Shown: positions 58,701 to 64,000 of the stretch, piece after piece | Position numbering within the stretch: position 1 is the stretch's first letter | Layout of the letters: each line of letters begins with the position of its first letter | Assembly (NCBI GenBank): GCA_046765915.1 | Contig: JBKPTH010000003.1 | Coordinates: 63,524 to 127,523, forward strand | Direction of reading: 5' to 3' | From: Acidobacteriota bacterium | Lineage (GTDB): Bacteria; Acidobacteriota; Thermoanaerobaculia; Multivoradales; UBA5704 | Length of the DNA: 64,000 nt | Made by a program: the position numbers and the translations under genes | Notes under the pieces: model-generated | Database searches by the model: none | The model's input: the letters and a program-made list of their open reading frames with translations, nothing else | Told to the model about the DNA's origin: nothing

Positions 58701-58980
58701 CCAAAGTCCCCGCAGGATCGACAAGTCGAAGCGCGAGCTTGACGCCGTTCTCTTCGGCCACGACCCGCAGGAACTGCCCCGTCCGGAGCTCGAAAGGGTA
58801 GACGTGCATCTCGCCGCCGTGGATCTCGCGTTCGATCGGTCGCTGCTGCGCGGTGGAGGCGGCGGTGGGAGAGGGACCTTCCGCGCAGCAGAGCACGGCC
58901 GCGAGGAGTCCGAAGAGGAGCCAGAGCGCGCCGCGGCTGAAGAGCGATGCAGATCGGCGAAAAACGGGTGAAGGCGTCAT
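55729..58980 (-). CDS. TPR-repeat + CHAT (caspase-like) domain protein with signal peptide; first gene of the CHAT / ECF sigma / anti-sigma operon (alternative start 59034).
   Basis: MTPSPVFRRSASLFSRGALWLLFGLLAAVLCCAEG signal peptide. Many TPR repeats (LNNLA/LTNLG...). C-terminal CHAT: HFATHGVIE..., LVVLSACQTALG. Confidence 0.75.
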   Translation of the reverse strand: MTPSPVFRRSASLFSRGALWLLFGLLAAVLCCAEGPSPTAASTAQQRPIEREIHGGEMHVYPFELRTGQFLRVVAEENGVKLALRLVDPAGTLVTGADSPGPDDYADDAQELAVVAANPGSYRLEVNASGEGSGRYFLRVEGPRKPTEADQVRATAVRATWDALSSDDRIGSFEHALTLWRQVGDREKGAEILYRLGRLRYKSATDQALADFRQAAVDWGGQTSRRSRVFQAEALTWVGRCLWNLNRPEEARAAHDQALDLARELGEAGLQADNLYLLGRLADEAGESRQGVDLQRQALEKAQQSGNLTTEFNVLNNLAIGYDHLGEMQTALGLYTQALTLARQSSNRSAEIRILTNLGGTHRVLGEWEKAFDRYKAALDMTVSTGDRGMTATILINLADVYSHRRELAEARDSLSRALALGRQIGNRKIQVFALARLALLLRGEQPTQAAAWAREAVSLDGTREEQAMSHYALGSVLRDLGDKAAAEAELLQALSFAGRRGDRGREAEINLDLARLAREGGDLDGTLSRLRPILDLIELWRGRLVDPDTKTSFLASTQEIYELQMNTLMALHVQRPMEGFAAEALRASERARARSLLEILNEAQAQIDLGAEPAVLERERQTRQDLSARDYHLRELLKQENSDSEKLAEARRRLQEALDAYRRAQVELRQSSPRYAALTQAQPLSLEEIQRQVLDGGALLLEYSLGVEKSFLWAVTADSFASFELPGRARIEAAARDYYQLLTVRSGRPPAQERRAADLKVEEVARDLSRLILQPAEPLLGDRPLLIVADGALQYVPFAALPLPSTGEPLVSGHEIVNLPSASVLAVLRRELRDRQPAPRRLAIFADPVFEPDDKRISHSPSTEGPSALPSTSVEQTRGGQAPESTVEPDLRRLRASGKEADAIAALLPPEEVFKAVGCAASRSAVTDGRLNLFRTVHFATHGVIETERPELSRLVMSLYDENGQHQDGYLRLSDIYSLRLRADLVVLSACQTALGKEIRGEGLVGLTRGFMYAGAARVLASLWSVEDRATAELMTTFYRGMLRDGLSPAAALRQAQLEVARKPSWRSPFYWAGFSLQGEWR

Positions 58981-59119
58981 CCTGTCTTCGATACCTGCAA
59001 CTTCCCCCGAGCGCATCAGAATTAGCGAAGGCACAACCTATTTTATCGCCTCCCGATCATGTCGCGGGACAGAACGGAAAAAGGGCGGAAATGCGGCGAA
59101 TTCGCGCTAAGCTAGCCCT

Positions 59120-60205
59120 GTGGAACCGGAGCCGGAGGAGGCGCGGAGCCGCCGCGTCCTGCACTGCGACATGGACTGCTTCTATGCCGCCGTGCATCAG
59201 CGGGACGATCCCTCTCTGCGCGGCAAGCCGGTGGTGATCGGCGGCCGGCCGGAGAGCCGCGGCGTGGTGGCCGCCGCGAGCTACGAGGTCCGCCGCTTCG
59301 GCGTCCACTCGGCGATGCCTTCCTCGCAAGCCAGGCGGCTCTGCCCGGAGGCGATCTTCATCCCTCCCGACTTCCGCCGCTACTCCCGGGAGTCGGAGAA
59401 GATCTTCGCCATCTACCGGGAGATCACCCCGCTGGTGCAGGCGGTGTCGATCGACGAGGCCTATCTCGACGTCACCGACCATCTCGGCGAAGCCGGCAGC
59501 GCCACCGCAGTGGCCAAGGAGATCCGGCGGCGGGTGCGCGAGGAGCGTGGGCTCACGGTGAGCGTCGGCGTGGGACCCAACCGTCTCGTCGCCAAGATCG
59601 CCTCCGACTTCCACAAGCCCGACGGCTTGACCGTGGTGCGGCCGGAGAAGGTGCAGGCCTTTCTCGATCCGCTGCCGGTGCGCCGGCTCCACGGCGTGGG
59701 CCCGGCGACGGAGAAGGCGCTGGCCGAGCTGGAGGTGCGCACGGTCGCCGAGCTGCGCGCCGTGCCGCTGGAAACCCTCTCCGTCCGTTTCGGCAAGCAC
59801 GGCCGTCTCCTCTTCGAGTTCTCCCGCGGCATCGACGACCGGCCGGTCGAGGTCCATAGCGAGCGCAAGAGCCTGGGGGTGGAGAACACCTATGCCGAGG
59901 ACCTCACCGATCTCGCCCGCATGGAGGCGGAGGTCGAGCGCATGGCGACGTCGGTGGCCGAGGCCTTGGCGCGCTCCGGCTTCGCGAGCTGCACCGTCAC
60001 CCTCAAGCTGCGCTATTCCGACTTCACCACCCTCACCCGTTCCCGCACCTTCCCCGTGCCGGTCTACGACGGCGCGGTGATCGCCGAAGTGGCGAAAGAC
60101 CTGCTGCGCCGCACCGAGGCCTCCTCGCGGCCGGTGCGCCTGCTCGGAGTCACCGCCTCGAACCTGGTGCGCGAGAGGATCGCGCAGTTGACGTTGTTCG
60201 CGTGA
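59120..60205 (+). CDS. dinB: DNA polymerase IV (Y-family translesion polymerase).
   Basis: [17 protein letters not shown]...[10 protein letters not shown]...[24 protein letters not shown] start at 59120. A TGTC-gcgg-GACA palindrome sits at 59060..59071 upstream. Confidence 0.9.
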   Translation: MEPEPEEARSRRVLHCDMDCFYAAVHQRDDPSLRGKPVVIGGRPESRGVVAAASYEVRRFGVHSAMPSSQARRLCPEAIFIPPDFRRYSRESEKIFAIYREITPLVQAVSIDEAYLDVTDHLGEAGSATAVAKEIRRRVREERGLTVSVGVGPNRLVAKIASDFHKPDGLTVVRPEKVQAFLDPLPVRRLHGVGPATEKALAELEVRTVAELRAVPLETLSVRFGKHGRLLFEFSRGIDDRPVEVHSERKSLGVENTYAEDLTDLARMEAEVERMATSVAEALARSGFASCTVTLKLRYSDFTTLTRSRTFPVPVYDGAVIAEVAKDLLRRTEASSRPVRLLGVTASNLVRERIAQLTLFA

Positions 60206-60342
60206 TCCACTTCCTGGCACAAGCCTTGCTCAGGAATCAAACCGCCAGAGGCGATGACAACAAAGAATCGCCTACCGTGTGTGCCTCTGGCCTTTTCTCG
60301 ACTTCAACCGGCAAGACCGGTTTCAGCATAGGAGGAACGGTC

Positions 60343-60507
60343 ATGTTGCGATGGGCCCTGATCTTCCTGGTGGTGGCGCTGGTCGCGGCCCTCTTCGGCT
60401 TCGGCGGCATCGCTTCCGGCGTGGCGGGCATCGCGAAGCTCCTGTTCGTCCTCTTCCTGGTGGTCTTCGTCATCTCGCTGGTGATGGGTCTGGTGCGGCG
60501 GGCCTGA
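60343..60507 (+). CDS. DUF1328-family small membrane protein (54 aa).
   Basis: [64 protein letters not shown]. Confidence 0.75.
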   Translation: MLRWALIFLVVALVAALFGFGGIASGVAGIAKLLFVLFLVVFVISLVMGLVRRA

Positions 60508-60540
60508 ACGGCGGGGCGCCGGCGGCCGTAGAATGACCCG

Positions 60541-61665
60541 ATGTTGGAAGCCATCCGGAAGGAGCCTCCCGAGGAGGAGTACCCGCGCCCCGACCTCAGC
60601 AAGCTTCGCGAGGTTCTCCAGGGTCCCTTCGGCGTCCGCTCGCTGTCGCTGACCGGCCTGTTCCTGCTGGCCGCTTTTTACACTCTCTACCTCGGCCGGT
60701 CTTTCTTCCTTCCCATCACCCTGGCCATCCTGCTCAGTTTCCTGCTCAGCCCCGTCGTGCGCGGCATGAAGAAGCTCCACATCCCGGAAGGGCTGGGCGC
60801 CGCGCTGGTGGTCCTGGGACTGCTGGGGATCCTCGGTCTGGGCGTCGTCGAGCTCGCCACCCCCGCCTACGACTGGATGGAGCAGGCGCCGCAGAGCCTG
60901 CGCAAGGTGGAGAGGAAGCTCCGCGAGCTCAAGAAGCCCGTGCAGACGATGAGCAAGGCGACCGAGCAGGTGGAGAAGATGACCAAGGTGGCGGCAGGAC
61001 GGGAGCCGGCCAAGGTGACGGTGACCACCGAGACGCTTGGGCAGAGGGTCTTCAGCCGCGCGACCAACCTCGTCCTCAGCAGCGTGGTGATGTTCATCCT
61101 CCTCTACTTCCTGCTCGCCTCGGGGGATCTGTTTCTGCGCAAGCTGATCAAGGTGCTGCCCAGCCTCGCCGACAAGAAGCGGGCCGTCGACATCGCGCGG
61201 CAGATCGAGACGGAGGTCTCCACTTATCTCGCCACCATCACGTTGATCAATGGGGTCGTAGGGGTGGCGGTAGGGACGGCCATGTGGCTGATCGGCCTTC
61301 CCAACCCGCTGCTGTGGGGGGTGCTGGCGGCGGTCGCCAACTTCATTCCCTATTTGGGCGCCATCACCATGATGTCGGTGCTGGCGATGGTCGGCTTCCT
61401 CTCGTTTGACGATCTCGGCCAGGCGTTGCTGGCGCCGGGAGCCTTCATCGTCCTGCACCTGCTCGAGACCTACCTGCTCACCCCTCTGATCCTGGGGCGC
61501 CGGTTGACGCTGAACCCGGTGGTGATCTTCCTCGGCTTCACCTTCTGGGGTTGGATCTGGGGGATCACCGGCGCCGTGCTCGCGGTGCCGATCATGGTGG
61601 TGATCAAGATCGTCTGCGACCACAGCGAGCCGCTGGCGCCGATCGGGGAGTTTCTGGGGACCTAG
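60541..61665 (+). CDS. AI-2E family (PerM/UPF0118) transporter.
   Basis: 374 aa polytopic. The ...LWGVLAAVANFIPYLGAI... and ...VIFLGFTFWGWIWGITGAVLAVPI... blocks are typical. Confidence 0.85.
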   Translation: MLEAIRKEPPEEEYPRPDLSKLREVLQGPFGVRSLSLTGLFLLAAFYTLYLGRSFFLPITLAILLSFLLSPVVRGMKKLHIPEGLGAALVVLGLLGILGLGVVELATPAYDWMEQAPQSLRKVERKLRELKKPVQTMSKATEQVEKMTKVAAGREPAKVTVTTETLGQRVFSRATNLVLSSVVMFILLYFLLASGDLFLRKLIKVLPSLADKKRAVDIARQIETEVSTYLATITLINGVVGVAVGTAMWLIGLPNPLLWGVLAAVANFIPYLGAITMMSVLAMVGFLSFDDLGQALLAPGAFIVLHLLETYLLTPLILGRRLTLNPVVIFLGFTFWGWIWGITGAVLAVPIMVVIKIVCDHSEPLAPIGEFLGT

Positions 61666-62045
61666 ACCTCCTCCCCCTCCTCCCAGCGCTCCATGTCGCG
61701 CCGCTCCTTCTTGGTGGGACGGCCGGCTCCTCTCTCGCGCAGCGCGGGCGGACGGCGGAGCAGCCGCTGGAAGGGATCGGATTCCGGCCGCGGCGGGCTC
61801 TGGTCCTCGTAGAGGGTGCGCGCCTCTTCCTTCGACACCGGCTTGTCGCGCAGCTCCTTGACGATCAGCACGCGGTTCCACTCGCCGAGCTCCACCTCGA
61901 TGCGGTCGCCGGGGACGAGATTGCGGTGCGGCTTGACGGACTGGCCGTTGACGCGCACGCGGTTGAGATCGACGGCGTGCGTCGCCTGGGTGCGGGTCTT
62001 GAACACGCGGGCGACGTGCAGCCATTTGTCGAGGCGGACGGACAT
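61662..62045 (-). CDS. S4-domain RNA-binding protein (Hsp15-like).
   Basis: MSVRLDKWLHVARVFKTRTQATHAVDLNRVRVNGQSVKPHRNLVPGDRIEV. A longer N-terminal extension from the ORF track was rejected (Ser-rich, no RBS). Confidence 0.7.
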   Translation of the reverse strand: MSVRLDKWLHVARVFKTRTQATHAVDLNRVRVNGQSVKPHRNLVPGDRIEVELGEWNRVLIVKELRDKPVSKEEARTLYEDQSPPRPESDPFQRLLRRPPALRERGAGRPTKKERRDMERWEEGEEV

Positions 62046-62079
62046 GGCGGCAGTGTAGCGGACTGGTACTCTATGGGCC

Positions 62080-62442
62080 ATGCGGATCCCGCCCGAGGAG
62101 TTCGAGTCCCTGGTCGAGCAGGCCCTGGACGGGCTGCCCGAGGAGTTCGCCGAGCTGCTGGAGAACGTGGCCGTGATGGTCGAGGACGAGCCCGATCCGG
62201 AGGATCTCGAGGCGCTGGGCATGGAGCCGGACGAGGAGCTCCTCGGCCTGTATCAGGGCGTGCCCCTGGCGGAGCGCGATACCTTCTACCAGGCCGCCAT
62301 GCCCGACCGGGTGATCCTCTACCGCGGTCCGATCGTGCGCAGTTGCGAGAACCGCCGGCAGGTCATCCGCGAGATCCGCGACACGGTGGTGCATGAGCTG
62401 GGTCACCACTTCGGCCTCGAGGAAGACGACATGCCGTATTGA
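62080..62442 (+). CDS. Zinc-metallopeptidase-like small protein (HExxH; DUF1025/COG3824-like).
   Basis: ...VVHELGHHFGLEEDDM... 120 aa, acidic. Confidence 0.7.
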   Translation: MRIPPEEFESLVEQALDGLPEEFAELLENVAVMVEDEPDPEDLEALGMEPDEELLGLYQGVPLAERDTFYQAAMPDRVILYRGPIVRSCENRRQVIREIRDTVVHELGHHFGLEEDDMPY

Positions 62443-62546
62443 GGGCCTTCTAGAACCCCCCCCAATGCGGCGCTCCCGCCGAAGGCTCGCGATCCTGATC
62501 CTCGGCCCGCATGCAGGCCTCAGCCTTTGCGCTATCGTACCCTCCC

Positions 62547-64000
62547 ATGAGCGAGCCGCTCGGCCAGCACGAGGAGGAAGTCCTCGGTAAAGCCTACGAC
62601 GCCCGCCTGATGCGGCGGCTGCTGGGCTACGTGCGCCCCTACCGGCGCATGGCCTTCGGCGCGCTGGCGCTCATCCTCGTCTCCTCGCTCCTGCAGCTCG
62701 CCGGGCCGCTGCTGACGGCGGTGGCGATCGACCTGTTCATCCGCCCGCCGGGGCCGCGCTCCCAGCTCGCCACGCCGAGCCAATGGGTGCAGGGCCTGCT
62801 GCTGGCGCGCGGCATCGATCCCGGCCAGGTGGCCGCGCAGGGGGTGGCGGTGACCGCCGTCGTCTACGTGGTGGTGCTCGGGTTCGTCTTCGCCGCTCTC
62901 TACGCGCAAGGCTACGTGCTGCAGGTGATGGGGCAGTACATCATGTACGACCTGCGCCGGCAGATCTTCGGCCATCTGCAGCGCCTCTCCCTCTCCTTCT
63001 ACGACCGCAACCCGCTCGGGCGTCTGGTCACCCGCGTCACCACCGACGTGGACGCCTTGAACGAGCTGTTCACCGCCGGCATCGTGTCGATCTTCGGCGA
63101 CCTGATGCTGCTCGCCGGCATCGTCGCCGTGCTCTTCTGGCTCGACTGGCGGCTGGCCCTGGTGGCGTTCTCGATCGTGCCGCTGCTCCTCCTGCTCACC
63201 TCCTGGTTCAAGAGCCGGGTGCGCCAGAGCTTCCGCGAGGTGCGGGTGCGCATCGCCCGCATCAACGCCTTCCTCCAGGAGCACATCGGCGGCATGGCGG
63301 TGGTGCAGCTCTTCAACCGCGAGGAGCGCGCCTACCGGGAGTTCTCCGCCGTCAACGAGGCCCACCGCGACGCCAACGTGCGGTCGATCCTCTACTACGC
63401 CGTCTTCTTCCCGGGCGTCGAGCTGATCACCGCCATCGGCGTCGCGCTGCTCATCATGGTGGGCGGCGGCCGGGTGATCGCCGGCTTCATCTCGATCGGC
63501 GCCCTGATCGCCTTCCTGCAGTACGCCCAGCGCTTCTACCAGCCGCTCTCCGACCTCTCCGAGAAGTACAACATCCTGCAGGGCGCCATGGCCAGCTCCG
63601 AGCGCATCTTCCAGCTCCTCGACACGCCGGTGACCATCGCCTCGCCGCCGCGGGCGTACCGGCCCGACGTCGTCCGCGGCGAGATCGAGTTCGACGACGT
63701 CTGGTTCTCCTACAAGGAGGGCGAGCCGGTGCTGCGCGGGATCTCTTTTCGGGTGCGCCCCGGCGAGACGCTGGCCGTGGTCGGCCATACCGGCGCCGGC
63801 AAGAGCACCCTCGCCAACCTGCTGCTGCGCTTCTACGACGTCGACAAGGGAGCCGTGCGGGTGGACGGCGTGGACGTGCGCGAGTGGGACCTCGCCCGGC
63901 TGCGCCGCAGCGTCGCCATGGTGCTGCAGGACGTCTTCCTCTTCGCCGGCTCGGTGGCCGCCAACATCCGGCTGGGGGAGGAGTCGATCGACGACGAGCG
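62547..64000 (+). CDS. ABC transporter, fused permease/ATPase (type I exporter, MsbA-like); 3'-partial at the window end.
   Basis: Hand translation: six TM helices, then Walker A GHTGAGKST. Not listed in the ORF track because it runs off the window. Confidence 0.85.
   Translation, partial: MSEPLGQHEEEVLGKAYDARLMRRLLGYVRPYRRMAFGALALILVSSLLQLAGPLLTAVAIDLFIRPPGPRSQLATPSQWVQGLLLARGIDPGQVAAQGVAVTAVVYVVVLGFVFAALYAQGYVLQVMGQYIMYDLRRQIFGHLQRLSLSFYDRNPLGRLVTRVTTDVDALNELFTAGIVSIFGDLMLLAGIVAVLFWLDWRLALVAFSIVPLLLLLTSWFKSRVRQSFREVRVRIARINAFLQEHIGGMAVVQLFNREERAYREFSAVNEAHRDANVRSILYYAVFFPGVELITAIGVALLIMVGGGRVIAGFISIGALIAFLQYAQRFYQPLSDLSEKYNILQGAMASSERIFQLLDTPVTIASPPRAYRPDVVRGEIEFDDVWFSYKEGEPVLRGISFRVRPGETLAVVGHTGAGKSTLANLLLRFYDVDKGAVRVDGVDVREWDLARLRRSVAMVLQDVFLFAGSVAANIRLGEESIDDE

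Overview
This is a high-GC (~68%) bacterial chromosomal segment, densely coded on both strands. Several gene families (ECF sigma with a TPR Ser/Thr kinase, TPR-CHAT proteins, many secreted proteins) suggest a soil Acidobacteria-like lineage, but that placement is inference only. Gene calls rely on the supplied six-frame ORF track together with ribosome-binding sites, signal peptides and motif recognition. Many long ORF-track entries are antisense, GC-frame artefacts and were discarded. Coordinates I derived by hand may be off by 1-2 nt.

Housekeeping and recognisable genes: carB (35422..38652), dinB (59120..60205), an aspartase/fumarase-family lyase, a glycogen-debranching (GDE_C) enzyme, an SDR oxidoreductase, GntR and AraC regulators, an AI-2E transporter, a partial MsbA-like ABC exporter, a membrane SpeE-like fusion and a VapBC toxin-antitoxin pair.

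Accessory content:
- A secreted-protease island (900..8400): a metzincin + partner cassette duplicated in inverted orientation, flanking a secreted protein, an outer-membrane beta-barrel and an S1 serine protease. Three of its genes share a conserved leader/signal-peptide module with a GC hairpin.
- Three separate small Cys-rich secreted peptides.
- A split XRE-HTH plus paralogous TPR regulator locus with clustered small genes.
- Two loci linking a TPR-CHAT protein to an ECF sigma/anti-sigma pair.
- An ECF sigma-STK operon with a partially duplicated tail region.
- A 155-bp MITE-like palindromic repeat in two copies.
- A 21-bp tandem repeat array.
- Several truncated or remnant genes.

The single most striking item is a DsbA-like thioredoxin-fold gene (48056..48709) whose active-site first Cys codon is an in-frame TGA, followed immediately by a SECIS-like stem-loop. 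It is a candidate selenoprotein (U-P-Y-C).

No rRNA, tRNA, CRISPR array, transposase or integrase was found.
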